Shown: one piece after another, positions 24,133 to 37,850 of the stretch
Layout of the letters: the number at the start of each line of letters is the position of its first letter
How positions within the stretch are numbered: position 1 is the stretch's first letter
DNA from: Phoronis australis
Lineage: Eukaryota > Animalia > Phoronida
NCBI GenBank assembly: GCA_002633005.1
Contig: NMRA01000217.1
Span: 490,417 to 554,416 of the forward strand
DNA: 64,000 bases
Reading direction: 5' to 3'
The notes under the pieces: model-generated
Database searches by the model: none
Told to the model about the DNA's origin: nothing
Seen by the model: the letters and a program-made list of their open reading frames with translations, nothing else
Made by a program: the position numbers and the translations under genes

Positions 24133-27100
24133 TCAGTTTTCTGCGAAATCTTCTCACTTAACTTATCAGGATGGCACATGTTCAGCGTTTCAAAATACCT
24201 GATCTAAATGCATGTAAAGCTATGCTAATCATTCAAATAACCACTTCGTCAAAGCTTACAATGCACGCACTATGCAGCCTACCTGAAAATGTATGGGCTT
24301 ACATCATTTGTGAACCCAAAAACACCACAAAAACTGCATTGTTTCTGTCGTCATCTGAGGGCATGTCGCATCAAAAGTAATTCTTTGTACCATCATTTTT
24401 CAAATACAGTGTTCAAATAAAGACATACATGTAGACCCTACATTCGTTCAGCCACGTGTAGATTTCCGTTTAGGATGTACAGGACCCTAGAAAACTTCAG
24501 AACGTCTAATCTCGGGAATGATTGATCAGATACTTTAACGACCGAGCTTATCACAACCGAAGTATTACAATGACTGATACGACAGCTCACATAATCAGAC
24601 TATATGAAAACAAAATTGCGGGAAATTCTAAACCCCCTAAACGTCACTTCCGGATAGGGCATGATTAATTAATTAAATTATGGGAAGCCGTAATTAACTG
24701 AAAAATATGTGGGGGATAATCAAAGAACCGTATTTTTACTACAAATAGGTGTCTTTCTCCTTTAAGGATTCGGATGGATGACGTTTTATTTGACATCTTG
24801 ACCTCTACCTTAGATATCCAAGACGAGTTAACAAATCGATTTTTGCATTGCGCTAGCTGGGATCTTGACAATGAATTGCGTATTACTTTTAAATATACCG
24901 AACAACTGGCGAAAGTTGAGCGTGTTCATTTAAATGCCACCGGGACTTGAAATTTGTTTTCACGCGGAAGCATTCGCTTTATCAGTTCTCTGTCCATAGA
25001 CCCTGGGGACCTACCCTCCACTTGAATAACAAGTAATTTCAAACATTTTGTTATTACATCTAAAACCGAACTGCAAAATATTGCCGTTTTATCTCGTAAA
25101 AACAATATAAACTGAGCGGCAACGCTTATCAATTGATTATGCATATGACATTTAAAAATATAGAAAACAACTGTTAAGTACGGTGTGGAAGGCTAGAAAT
25201 TTAAATCTGCTAATTATACTGATTGCCATAGATCTGTCTTGCGCCAAAACATACTTTTAGTTTAGAACACTCGTCGTAACAAAACTGGGCCGTGATCTCA
25301 AAAAAACTTTGCTATTAAATCGCTCATTTCGAAAACAGGCCAATCACGTAGCGTGGAATGGTGAAATGCTGGAAGCGTAAGTCCCGACTGGTAATTTTTT
25401 TTAGCCAAGTCTCGATCAAAGTTTTTGTCTAATCTTGTGGCTTAATCAGAGGAAGAATGATTCGAGCGCCCTTTGTATTCTAAGACCATCAATCTCATCA
25501 TCTGACTGAACACAGTTTTATAGAACTGGATCAAAATACAACGTTATGATTGGTAAATGCATAAATTTATTTGATCTTTGCTGACCATTCGTCTTTTTTG
25601 AAAATATTCTGGTCTGAGCTGAAATCTTTTATGTGCACACTGTATAGTTTCCTAACTCGTCGATATTGTAGAAAATATGAACCTTGCGTTGGTAACTTTA
25701 TTCTTGATTTACGATTCCGGCCTGCCAAGCCAGTCCTCCTAGAGGTTAATCCCAGAATGTAATTTTTAATGCACCCTGGGAACTGTCGACGTTCAGCTCT
25801 TATCATTCTCCAGACATTTGCGAAATCAAAACCTTTTTCTAGTACAGTACATGCTTCTACACTGCAGCATCTTTATTTATTACGTCATTCCGCAGTCAAA
25901 TAGTGATGGACATGCACCTACTCAAAGACGTCGTCGTCAGTTACACGAAGTGAATCTCTCTCTGTGCATTTTCATTTTTGTGTTATTGACTTTTAAGGAA
26001 TTGATTCGTATGTGGTACGCGCGCGTACATGGTTGTATAATTTGTTATGAATGCCCGTGTCTGTAAAATGTCTGTAGTATTCATCATGTTCAATATATTG
26101 GTGTTTGTTAACAATCTTGTTTTGTATAAACACGTATCTCGTGGCGAGCCTCGCTTCGAGTAAGCTTTTGTCAAAAGGACTAATTCAATGCCTTGAATAT
26201 CGCGAGTTTAGACTTCAACAAATGTAACATGCTCCAGGTGGAACTCATAGGAATTGTTGGCGTGTTTTAACAGTTTAAGAAAGTCTCAAATTTTTAATGT
26301 TAGCGGACAGCTTGTTGGCTTCGCCAAAAAGATCATGATCGACGGGCTGGCCATTCTGAATAACTTGAAAAAAAACAAGTCTTGAATTTCAACAAAAATT
26401 TCAAGATATGGAGCCGATATACTTCGTGGAACACGCGGCAAGTTAAGAGGCAGTCCATATAAAAACCAGTAAATTTTCAAAAATCAGTTTATACGTCAAA
26501 AATAAAAACAACTTCCTTTTTGTGCATGTATAGGCACCCTAACGAAAATATAAATGCCGCATTTTGTGCACTCATTGACCTCTAATTTCACCGCTGGAGC
26601 ACTAAGACCGCAATTGGTCATATTATCCGTCTCCAAAATTGTATGTTTTCAGCAACGAAAATAAGTGACTTATTAAATAGATTGAAAGTTGTACTTTGGT
26701 GTCTGGAATAACAAATGTATATTGTAAGTTTTGTGCTGGGCAGGGAAGATAATCCACAGACCACTTTTCCTAGTTAATTTTAGTGGCCGTTTTTGTGACC
26801 CTCTTACTGCCATAGTGCAACTTGTAGCTTTATGTAACTTTTTGAACATACAGCTAAATAGTAAATCTTCATGACTGACCAAAAATATCTTGCTTCAACT
26901 TTGCATTTAGTGAAAAGTGTCTTCCAAAACTGTCAGTTTTGGAAACGATGTGTATAGTTTACAGACAAATTGGACGAAAATTTGAGCAAGAAATCTGCTT
27001 GAAATTGTTGTAAAAGTCAAATTTAAGTTCTTTAAAATGAAAAAAAAAATGCTTTCTAGATGTATCACGCGATCATTTTCAAAACTGATCTCGATGACCT

Positions 27101-28577
27101 TTGTCCCGTAAATCAGTAGACATTAGGTTTGAGGATGTATAAAAAACGAGTACAAGTAACTTCTGGTTTTCTTCCATTATTATTTATTTGAGAATTGCAG
27201 GTCAATTAAGTGGAAATAAACCCCTTTAAAGTTTGAAATTGTAAGAATTGCTATTTGTTAAGACTGGTTTTGAGGCTACCATGATCTAAAAAAGGAAGAA
27301 CGAAATCTGTTTCTGATCGTTTAGAGAGTATTCATCACAAAAGCTTGTTGGTTTTAGTCAATCTTGCTAAGACACTTCAGAACATCTGAGATACCGCATC
27401 AATCAAGACCAATGCCAGCGTATGAGCTCGTAGTCGCCAGGATAGGTTGTGACTGAGCAAGACCAGTCGTGGAGTCAAATCACTGCGCAATGTTCACCGA
27501 AGGCGAAGAGAATTTGGTCCCGGTTTTGGCACCGGCAAGCAGGAAGTGTCTGTACCCTGAACACCCAAGGCCTTCCAGAAGAAAATCTGAAGGAGGTATT
27601 TTCTTCAACGGGTGGTTATTGGATCAGTTTGGACAGCTATGCTTAGAATCGGCACTAACCTTCAACTTAAAGAGCCACAAGATCAAGTGTCACTGTTGCA
27701 GTTATGACTCTGTTATTATTTACAAGTCGACTCCATTAACGTACATACTTGATATTAATATTTTCTGAATCCTCTCGCCATGGTGATCACAGTTATTCAA
27801 AAATGTATTACTCTTATCGATTAGGCTCTTCTTATTCCTGTATTCGCTGTTTTTACGAGGTGTTCATTAAGTTTGCGGCAGCCGATCTCGATTGACCGCC
27901 ATTATAAAACTGAGACACCTTTTGGCAGAAATGATAACTACAATGATCACGAGTGTGTTGTCAGAAGACCCCAAAATTGGCTAGTATACTGAAGATACCC
28001 CGTGGTACAGTATGAAAACTGAATAAAAAACAGTAATAGTCATTTATAAAGGATTGCCTCTTCAAAACTTCTTCTTTAGAAAAAACACGAAAGTGTGTGT
28101 TCTCACGGACAAATATAGTCCTAAAAAAACTTGACCTCGAGGACAAGATTTGGGTTCGTTTTATGGCAGACATTCGTCATCCCAGAGACAAAAACTGTTT
28201 CAAACAAGTGGAATTGGGTAATAAAATAACTAATATCACTGGCAGGCTAAAATACGCGAACACAGAAACACATTCTGCATCGCCCAACTTCACTCTAGGT
28301 TAACCGTTAGTTATCAATCCTGCCGAGGACTTTTAAAAATGGCTGCCTCACTAAATCCGCATTGCAAATGAACGCATCGGAAAACTTGAAAATTATCAGT
28401 AACAAGTGACCAATCAGTACAAGTTATACGTTTTTGGTATCACCGTGATTGTAGGGTTCAGAAAATAGTTGTATCAAATAGAGTCGGATTGTAAACAGTA
28501 ACCCGATTACCCAACTTTGCTTTCCTAGTGCTCGCCATACCAGTATCGTAGTTGAGGTGAAATGACAGTAGTCAGTC

Positions 28578-28767
28578 CGGTGGCGTAGCGAGCACCTTCC
28601 TGACCCCCCGTCGACACCTCACTAAGTGGCCCCCATCCCGGGTTGGTAGGTATGAAACCCCCCAGTTACCAGAAGCCTGGTGCCCCCCTCAGTTGGACGA
28701 CACCTGTTTAGCACACTCATCCTGTTCGGCACGTACCCGGCGGCATCTGACCCTTGCTACGGCACAG
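28578..28767. mobile_element. hAT-type MITE, 8-bp TSD (same insertion as 3223)
   Basis: TSD agtcagtc on both sides. Confidence 0.85.
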
Positions 28768-29605
28768 AGTCAGTCACTCGGTATGTTTGCTATAGGCCCA
28801 ATTCACACGGCGGACATTAAAATCCAAAGCGAAGCTCACTGCTATAAACAAAGCGGAAATTTACATTGCGTGAGTTAAATGGCCGGTCTTTAGAGTCCAA
28901 CCTGAATATTAAATCTTAAAACATGTGTCAAAAATTAACCACAGAGACGTAAAAAAATACATTTAAAGAACAAGTCAATGCACCAAAGAGTTGTCTGACG
29001 AAAGGATATATTTTTTCCGGAAAACTAGGTTCGAAACATGAAAAGTAAACATGACCAAATTGCGGCGATCGTAGTGTTACGGTTTAGGTATCATGCTGAA
29101 TGCAGGGCTACGTTTCTTCTAATAAATTCTTGATAAAAATGCTTTCTACAGGAACCAGGTCATCTGGTCGTATTGTTGACGAGTTGAAGATATATTCGAC
29201 ATTGGTGGCTCAATACATTTTGCTGTCATGTGCAATTTAATTATTAGTCACATCTGGTTTAATTTGTTGATCAAGAGCAGGCCTATTAGCTTCAAGCATA
29301 GCCTTGTTCCTGGTGAGGTAGGCACTACCGGGACTAACAGTTGATTTGTCATTGATCTGAAATAATACTTGATGTTATTAAATATGTATTTTGATTAGGA
29401 TAAAAAACCAGGCCCGCAATTGATAGTAAAAATTATCTGACCATCAATTCTGCTTTCTTGGTTTTAATAATTACGTCTATTTCATGTGTTATATTTTTCA
29501 AATATCAATCTCGACCAAGTTGAATTTTAAAATTAAAATACCTAATTCTTTCTTCCAAAGCATAACCTCGTTTTAGAGCTCAATTGCTGTTAACTGGACA
29601 GAACA

Positions 29606-29763
29606 CAGTGGCGGATTTAGAGGGAAGCCAAGGGGCCATGCTCCCCCCCAAAATTCTCCCAGAATCCATTTGGCAGTTCAGGAGTGCGAATGTCTGACGG
29701 GCAAAATCCTTGCTAATACTCTGCCTTGCCCCCCCTCCCAACTCAAAGTCCCGGACCCCCCTA
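29606..29763 (-). mobile_element. ~155 bp hAT-like MITE, 5-bp TSD gaaca
   Basis: cagtggcggatttag start; perfect gaaca/gaaca flanks; nested in the ISL2EU-like element. Confidence 0.85.
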
Positions 29764-29930
29764 GAACAAGCATAGTTATCATGTTTCTTCAGAGGCCTCG
29801 TTCATATCCGAGGGGAAAGGTGCGTGCGGCCTTCTGAGAGGGGAACGTTTCGCGGAGTAACGGGTCAGTGAAAAATCTACTGACCTCCCGATCACCATCA
29901 ATAGCACCCCACCCTGTTGCAAGCTCTCAC

Positions 29931-30088
29931 CAGTGGCGGATTTAGAGGGGGGCCAAGGGGGCCATGGCCCCCCTAAAATTTTCCCAGATTCCATTAGGCA
30001 GTTTGGAGGTGCGGATGTCTGACGGGCAAAATCCTGGCTAATATGCTGCTCTGGCCCTCCCTAACTCAAAATCCTGGATCCGCCCCTG
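29931..30088 (-). mobile_element. ~155 bp hAT-like MITE
   Basis: cagtggcggatttag ... ctggatccgcccctg; flanks ctcac/ctcat. Confidence 0.9.
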
Positions 30089-30610
30089 CTCATAGCTCTG
30101 TCTCAGGTAGCATTTTCAGTGGCTGATCTAAGATACCATGAGGGGGGCCCGACATCCTCGGAGAAGCGGGCAAAGCATGATTGTATGGCACGCAGGCGGC
30201 CCGTAAGTTGCGGGCGCCGAGGATGTATACCTTCTGCTCACTCAGGAAATCTGTCGTTGGACTAAAAAAAAACGGAACGTGTTTTTCCCCCTCGTCCGCT
30301 ACCGGTTCTATCTCGAACTCAGTATTTCTCCCGCTTCACGTTTTGCTGGTTCACTTTACTTTGCTCGCGGCAGTCAAGGGGAGGGGGGCTGGCCCCCTCC
30401 TAAATCCTGATTTTGTCCCCTATGTGGTCACAGGTGATTTGAACCGTTGGAGAGAATCTTTCAATCACTAAGGGAATTTTTAGGCCTCGTGGGGCCGCGA
30501 ATTTCGCGTGATGTTTTAAATATTTTTGAATGGGGAACAGGGCCGATATTTGGCCCCAAAACTGAGGGATTGAGGACCCTGTCCTTTTTGTAAAGAAAAT
30601 GCATCACGCT

Positions 30611-30874
30611 TCAACCCATAGTCATGAAAACACAGCCTGGCTGGCCGAAGATTCTCCGGTCCTCGTTGCTGTGGCAGCATCCGAGATGCGAAAAATTACT
30701 AACAGTTATAAATTTTACACGGACATATTTTCCTTCGTCGCGGCGTATGGCAAGGACCCAACGCGCCCGAATCCCAACGTCGTTAGGGATTGTAAAACAG
30801 GCTGTTGAGTGTCCGTATTTTTTTCTAGCTGTTCGAGCAACTAAACGTGGAGTACAACTACTCGGATAAGCCAC
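30611..30874 (-). pseudogene. Degenerate THAP domain
   Basis: FTIPNDVGIRARWVLAIRRDEGK resembles the THAP core FxxP..R..W..AIRR; Zn ligands decayed; starts 60 bp inside the element end. Confidence 0.7.
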
Positions 30875-30964
30875 CAGAGCTATCGTAGCGAGCCTCGTTT
30901 TGGAACGCGCCTCCTGTCGGTGTGAATAGAGTCTATGAAATCCAGACCGAGTGTTGTGTTGCAG

Positions 30965-31705
30965 TATAGCGTGCTATGTGTTGCAAAATTTAATGTTATC
31001 AACGTTTATTTTTCATTAGATAATATGTATGCAATGTTCATTACTATTATATTCGATGTTTTGAAAATTTCTGTTCGATGTTATTGTATCTGTTCAATCT
31101 GTTTTGTATTTGTGTTCGATAACGTCAAGTTTTCGTTCGATGTTATTTCCGGTTATATTCGATAATGAAACTCTGGGTAAATTGAAACGACAGCTGTCAG
31201 CGGAACTTGATTACTCTTCCTGGGCTTGAAGCTTTGGTTTGTTGTTGGCTGGTCAGGGCCAGAATCGAGTTCCTCACGAAAGCGCGCGTCAATGGACTTA
31301 AGGGCTTATAAATAGGCATCTATCTGTTGCGTAGCATCAGGCACCACCTCAGAATCGCCTGAACTGAATTCGTGTTCACAAATATCGATGAATTGGGCTG
31401 AATTGTCGAAAAAATGAGGAAGCAACTTTCCTTCGGTAGCCGCCATTTAATCAATTCGGGAACCAATCACGGACGTCGTTTCATAATACCCATAAATTCC
31501 ATTATTTAACATATAAAACGAAAAATCGAACATACAGTAAGTCAATCACATATTAGTATTTTCATTATGGAATACAAAAATTTTAACATCTAATGTATAA
31601 AGTATGAGATCAAATATGAATATAAGATATCGGATACATATGATTACATGTACATCAAACATAATTTTTTTGAACATTGAGTTTTGCAACACATAACACG
31701 CCATA
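30965..31705 (-). mobile_element. IS3EU-type element (same insertion as 3466)
   Basis: Same TIRs; TSD ttgcag/ttgaag. Confidence 0.8.
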
Positions 31706-32955
31706 TTGAAGTGTGTTTACTTTGTGTCTCATGCATTGAGTCATTAATGACAGTGTCTTCCATGAATTGTCTTCTCTTGACCTTTCATACCGTTAATGAT
31801 AGCACTATAAGAAATAATCAAAGTTGGGGTGGCCGGAGACCGATACGGAGATTAAACTAAAATTCGTAGCAACCTGCGGGGACATTACAATATGAACGCA
31901 AAATGAGTTTTGACCGAGTTGAAGATTTTTTGCACCGAACACATGGCCATAACCCCCTTAGAAGCCTCCCTTCCCATGCCAGTGGTTCTCACAACGAAAT
32001 TGAAGGCAAATTCGGCTGGTAGTCGCGTCCACAATCTCCAAGTAAACAAACAGCGACGCCATCTATCGTTTAGACGAACCACGCCTGCCAGTCACAGTTT
32101 ATGTACATAGCTTTTTTAATACACATTAATCTTCAGTGTGGTTTGGAGAGTTTGGAAATTAGTTGTGTTGTCTGTTTTTTTCTCTAAAATACCGGCACTT
32201 TACGTCGTTTCTGTAAGCTAATTACACGTTTCAAGAGACCCCCTATTAGTGGTTGAGGCAACAGAGAACAGGCAATAGGACGAAGTGCAGTTCGTGTAAT
32301 GCATCGTAAGCACAAACTATGGGAGATGCAAGATTTTTATTTTAGATTGTGAAGGGAGAGGTTATGAATGACTAAACATATTATTATAAGGTCAGTTTTG
32401 AGAAGGTGCATTATGGCTGCTACAGAGTGCCAAAGTTGGTGGATAATGGCTTCAGTGAAAACCTGCAAACTAGCCGTATTTGCTACACAAAATCAAAACA
32501 TACAAAGTTGAACATGAATTTTAAAACTTATCCCATTAAATTATGCAATCATAGTTCTTTAAACCGTATCACTCATTTGTTTTCAGCTAGCAATACATGC
32601 TAATAAAATGCTTTCAAACTTGTCTACTTTGACGCCAAGTTTTGTTGTAAAATGGGAGTACATGTCATAAATAGAGAAAAAAGGGACGAAAATTTTTAAA
32701 AAGCGAAATTTTTGTACATCTCACTTAACCAAACTCATCTGCTAAGTCTAAAAAATATGAGTTTCTGGGTATAGATTCTACAGTCCTATAAAACAACTTG
32801 ATTTTTGCATTGCGCTCAATGAGGTTTGTTTCTTTTTAAGTTGCCAGTTAATTTGCAAGAAAGGCACTTGGTTATGAAATAATGGCATTAAAGCGTCAAA
32901 GCTTTAAGGATTGCTCTTTTCGTGGGTCAAAAATGTCTTAGTTTAAGACAAGATA

Positions 32956-33110
32956 CAGGGGCGGATCCAGTATTTTGAGTTAGGGTAGGCCAGGGCAGAG
33001 TACTAGCCAGGATTTTGCCAGTCAGACATTCGCACCCCCGAACTGCCAAATGGACTCTGGGAGAATTTTAGGGGGACATGGCTCCATTGGCCCCCCTAAA
33101 TCCGCCACTA
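32956..33110 (+). mobile_element. ~155 bp hAT-like MITE (same insertion as 5561)
   Basis: caggggcggatcc ... atccgccacta; flanks agata/atata. Confidence 0.85.
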
Positions 33111-36100
33111 ATATAAAATACGAATGATGTGGCAAACAAAAGCCTATGAGCACAACTGCGACTACAGTATACATTTAAGCATAGAAAATAAAGAAATGTT
33201 AACAAGGCTTAATCCCGGTGCATTCCGTTAATTCAGTTTTCAATATCCAAAAAGAAAACGGACAATCCAACTTTTGTTCAATATCCCAAACTCCAACCAA
33301 CATAACAAAAATTGAAAACCCAATATTTATTAAGAGGATACCGAACCCGGTTTTGGCCTATTAAGATATATCGAAAACGATGTTCCAATCCAATTCTGTG
33401 AAATAAAATAATGCTCTGCAAGCCTCGACAACCCTCAAAGATTCGAAGCACAGTTGGAACATTCCTTTCAAAGTCTGCTAAACGGACAAGCGTGACGTAC
33501 GCTTTTAGCGAGTTACACAGCAACTGTGGGAATGACCACCCACTAAGAACCATAATAACCGTGACATAGAGAGTACTAGTTTTTAAATGATTCTACTTTT
33601 ATCTTTCAAGACTGATGCAATAATTCATTAGTATACGATAGAACGAGGAATGGTCGAAATCATCAAGGCAGGATTTAGGATCCTTTTAAATATTCGATTT
33701 TCAATTCGTGAAATTAAACTTGAAAATCGGATTTCCAATTGTTTGTTTTCCATGTTGAAATTTGAATTAAGTACTGATACCGTATTTCACGTTCATGTAC
33801 ATTGTCGGTTGTCAGCGAATTGAAACATTGACCCGCCTTATTAACAAAATGCTCCATGGTGCCTACTCCGATACCCAGATTGTAGTCTTGTATATCCAAA
33901 TCGGACGCGGGTGTCAGCCGGGACCCCGGCGTTATCTTGTACAATAACCAGTGGCGTAGCTAAGATTATCGACAGAAGAGCGCAAGTCAGTCGACGACAT
34001 GACTCCTCTTCCCACTGAGGGGCGCGCCCTCTCTCCCTGTTGCTACGGCCGGGCGTCACTACGTATTGGGTCACACATCCACTTTTTGCAACCTCGTTTG
34101 TACACCCCTTCGTCATAAACTTTGGTTTGTGCCCACTCATAGGTCATCCCTTAGTCATCCCGTCTACGCCAACACCTTTCGGAGATGCTGGACCGAGGGG
34201 GGAGGGGGGGGGGTAATTTTAACATTTGTGGGGACCGGGGACCGACGGAGAGAAATTAATTTTTCGTAAAACTTTTGAAGGAGTGACAACATTGGCAGCA
34301 GGGTCAAATGGCAAGTCAACGATTTTTGACTATTTTCCAAAAGTGATTACAGATTATCTGAGGAATATAGTTTATTATATTAGAAAGAGCGCTTATTTTT
34401 CTACATAATATGATAATTTTGTTTGTTCCATGGCATAATTATGGTCTCAAAATGTTGAATTCAACACTCGTTATCGGAATTTCCAAGGCGCGCTCCTACA
34501 TGTAGTTATATCGTTGATGTATAGATGGCGCTCAGGTCAAGTAAATTGTATACTGTAGTCTCATGTAACCTCTTCAAGTCTGCGGTCATATCATACGTTT
34601 GTAAGCGCAGACTATTGTCATGCAAACACCTGGAAATACTTAAAGAGGCTTGCAAATGTCAAACAAGAAACCACGGCATTTCTAAAATATCTTAGCCCCA
34701 ATTAATGATGTTTCTAAGCTATGACATAAAGTTATCCTGCTACGGCCACGGTAGGCATAAGATTTGAGTTTTGGTTTAAATGATCAACATTTAGGTCTAT
34801 TATCACTGTATTGTTGTGGAACATTTTTCGGTGATATTTTTCACAATCTAATGGCCCTACACATTGCCAAGTTGAAGTTCGGCTGCTTTCGATTCGAGAA
34901 TTGGCAAAGGCTGTGGAGTCAAAGCATTGCGACTTACCGGAAGATGCGAAATGATGTTAAATTTCCAGCCATGATATCGGGGTATGATATTTAATTTCCA
35001 GCCACATCAGAATGTTCTCTATCAAAGGTAAACAAATCCCCATTTAGAGTTTCAATGCCGAAATTGTTCTTGAAATCCTATTTCACACACCACCTCGCTT
35101 GGTTTTGTGAATTCGCAACAGGTGGCGAAAGCATCGTTTGTACCGACTGTGTATGTCAAAAATTACTTTATTTTCTGTCTAAATTAAGACCGAAGACCAA
35201 AGTACGACTTCGTTTTCCTGAAAATATCTTTTCTGAATTTTCGTCTTCGGTCTTGACTTAGCCCAAATTTCAGTTTTACACAAATTTTTGATTTAAAATC
35301 TTAAATCAGTTTTAATGAAACGAGCATCTGATTAGCTCTCATTGACGACGCCCAGCTTTGAAACCAATCACATGGCACAGTCGGTTTACTCGGATAACTG
35401 TCAATCAAGTACAGCGATTGCCCTCTGTATTGGGGAGTACTAGAAGTTTTTTGTTGTTGCCTGGAACCCTGCATTACTAAGATGAATCGCCGTTACAAGC
35501 GAACCTAAAAATCACTTATAATCCGAACACAGAGAACAGATTGAGATCAGTTTTGTAAAGGTATGATATTTAAATTAAACGTAATGTTTACGGAAGGCGG
35601 TTCACGGCAGCTTTAAAATACTCTGTCGTTATACTGCCAGCTGACTGAGAACGTCAAGAATCTCGACTTCAAGCTGGGAACAAGGACGTTTCTTTTCATA
35701 AATCATGCATATTTGGGATGACCAACGCTTGTAATGACCAATTTCAAAGAAGCATAAGGAAGATTTATAGCTGATTTGTCATGGTCATTGGTTTGACAGT
35801 TGTATTAATCATTTCCCTTTCTAGTCTACGTTAAACAATGCGGAGCATTTTTAAAGTAATATATACATGTGTACCAGCATATTAATGCATTCTATTTCAG
35901 AGAAAATCAAGTCAGTGATGGAATGTATTTCGCTAGTCGTTATCGTTTCTGTTTGCAGTAACAGTTCAATAACATTTGAAAATAACGTGTTTAACATCAC
36001 TCATTCTCGAACGAAATAAATTCACGCCTAGGTGTACGGATGATCCGAACAACTCTCGTGGGTATTGACTGCGACTGCAAAAGAAAACCTTGAACTTGGT

Positions 36101-36627
36101 AATCAAAATTTCCGAAAGAATTTTGGCAGCAAATATTGCTTGAAAATCCTGCAAGGCTTTGGGTAGCTAGAGAGAGAGGTTGACAACGGAAAGACAGAAT
36201 GCCAAACACGTGAAAATATTAAGCGTAGAGTTGCCAATAGCGCCACTTTGGAGACACAGACAGTGCTGACAATGGGTACATATGAGGTGACGTCAATGAA
36301 GCTGATTTGTCAGATTTTTCCCTTAAAGAAGTTTTTGATAACCGAATTCGTGACACCTCAAAGCTTGTACTAGAGATACAGTGTAAATGGAACGCTGCAC
36401 GAATTTGAATTGTCTCAGTCAATCGGTGCTCAACTATGTGAACCTTTTTAACCAGGCTGTACTTATGTGCAATTATCTTTAATTCCGTTAGCTCTAACCA
36501 CTGCAATGTATATGTTTTCTGAAAAGTGAATACATTTTCTAAAAAACATTATTATTCTTTTTTCACGAGATATGCGTTTTTCAGTAAAAAAATTCTTTTG
36601 ACTTTGAACAGAGAATTTTTTTGTCAA

Positions 36628-36693
36628 CATGTTGATAACGGCATTTTCGAGAAAACCTTATCTCAGAGTTTCGAAAATGCCGTTATCAACATG
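36628..36693. repeat. Perfect 23-bp inverted repeat, 20-nt loop
   Basis: catgttgataacggcattttcga / tcgaaaatgccgttatcaacatg. Confidence 0.95.
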
Positions 36694-37201
36694 CTGAAAA
36701 AAGACCAATATGATTGCACTAAAATGAACTTACTTTAGACAGTTTTTTGGTCCGGGCCCCTTTTCTCTACTGAGTACGTGATAAGATGAAACCATTTTTA
36801 TGCCAGTCATTGGCCTAAATTAAAAGTTCTTTTTAATGTCACTTTTTACAAAATGTCTGAAGGCTACATGAATATCCTAAAAAAATTTCAACTTCTCGCT
36901 TGCAAGTAGTAAAGGTTTAAGAAAAGCCAAAACAGCAAAAAGAGGGTCAAGGAGTCAACAACAGGCAAGTTTTTAGTCAAAGTAGACTCAAAAATTAAGC
37001 AAATACCATTTGCAGCCTTCATCGGCATGCAGCACAAAACTTAAAATGTCCAACCAACCCAACAGGCGCCAATTTTTAATAAAATTGGGCCAGGGGAGGT
37101 AACCGTGGCTCAAAAAAATATTGAGAGCCACCGAAGCGCGCGCCCAGCCCATACGATATGAACTTCTTACCGTTATGATGATGTCTCAAAATTTACTTTA
37201 A

Positions 37202-37850
37202 AGAGATATGGAACGCGAAATCTCGTCAAAAAATCTTTTAAAAAATTCCTGACCAAAGTACCATCTCGCAACGTCTACTACAGAGTTATTCACTTTCCCC
37301 AGTAGGTTAATTTCAAAATTCACGATTTAAAATACGCGCCTAAGGAAAAACTCTGTTATACGTACCAGCAAGTTCTAATCTCCCTGCCACTTATGATAAA
37401 TGCGCGCATGCGCTCAGAATTCTTCGACAAACAGCTGGCTTACAAGATGGATATAAACGGCAGATTATTATGTGTGATCGCACTCCGAAACTCCATGAGG
37501 TCGACAACACAGTATGAAACAAGCCAGTCAAGCAAGTGATTTCTCAAAAAGAATTTCAAGTGCAGTTTAGAATATAGTTGAACACTACGGCACCTATATA
37601 TCTAATTTTAAACACTTAGGACTTATGTCAAATGCTTCTTAATCGCACTGGCTTCTGCTTGAAGTCGCCATTGTTTTGTTTACATCAAAGGTCAAAGGTC
37701 ACATTTTTCATTTAAGAGAAATGTGCTACGTCTATGTCTTGGCATACCAAATAGGGAAACGCGCTTTGCCTTGTGGGAAAAGTCGACAAAGTGACGAGCA
37801 GTTGGCAGATAGTTTTTGTGAAAGTTGAAACTAAAAGCAAAATGCTTTGA
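37202..37850 (-). mobile_element. Partial diverged copy of the 15317-16239 TTAA element
   Basis: ttaa|agagatatggaacgcgaaatctcgt matches the reverse complement of the 16239 end; 37656-37731 matches the reverse complement of 15541-15616. Confidence 0.6.

Larger units (their letters stand above)
28794..30934 (-). mobile_element. 2.1 kb ISL2EU/Harbinger-group element with THAP remnant, present only in copy B
   Basis: Empty site tgctgtgaa at 3432 in copy A; TIR aggcccaattcacacgg / cggtgtgaatagagtct; AT dinucleotide on both sides. Confidence 0.75.
26443..37112 (+). repeat. Composite repeat unit, copy B (most complete)
   Basis: Matches copy A over 26668-36617 and copy C from 'ttaagaggcagtc' (26443/41983) and again at 36996-37112/44382-44498; exact termini unresolved. 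Confidence 0.93.
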
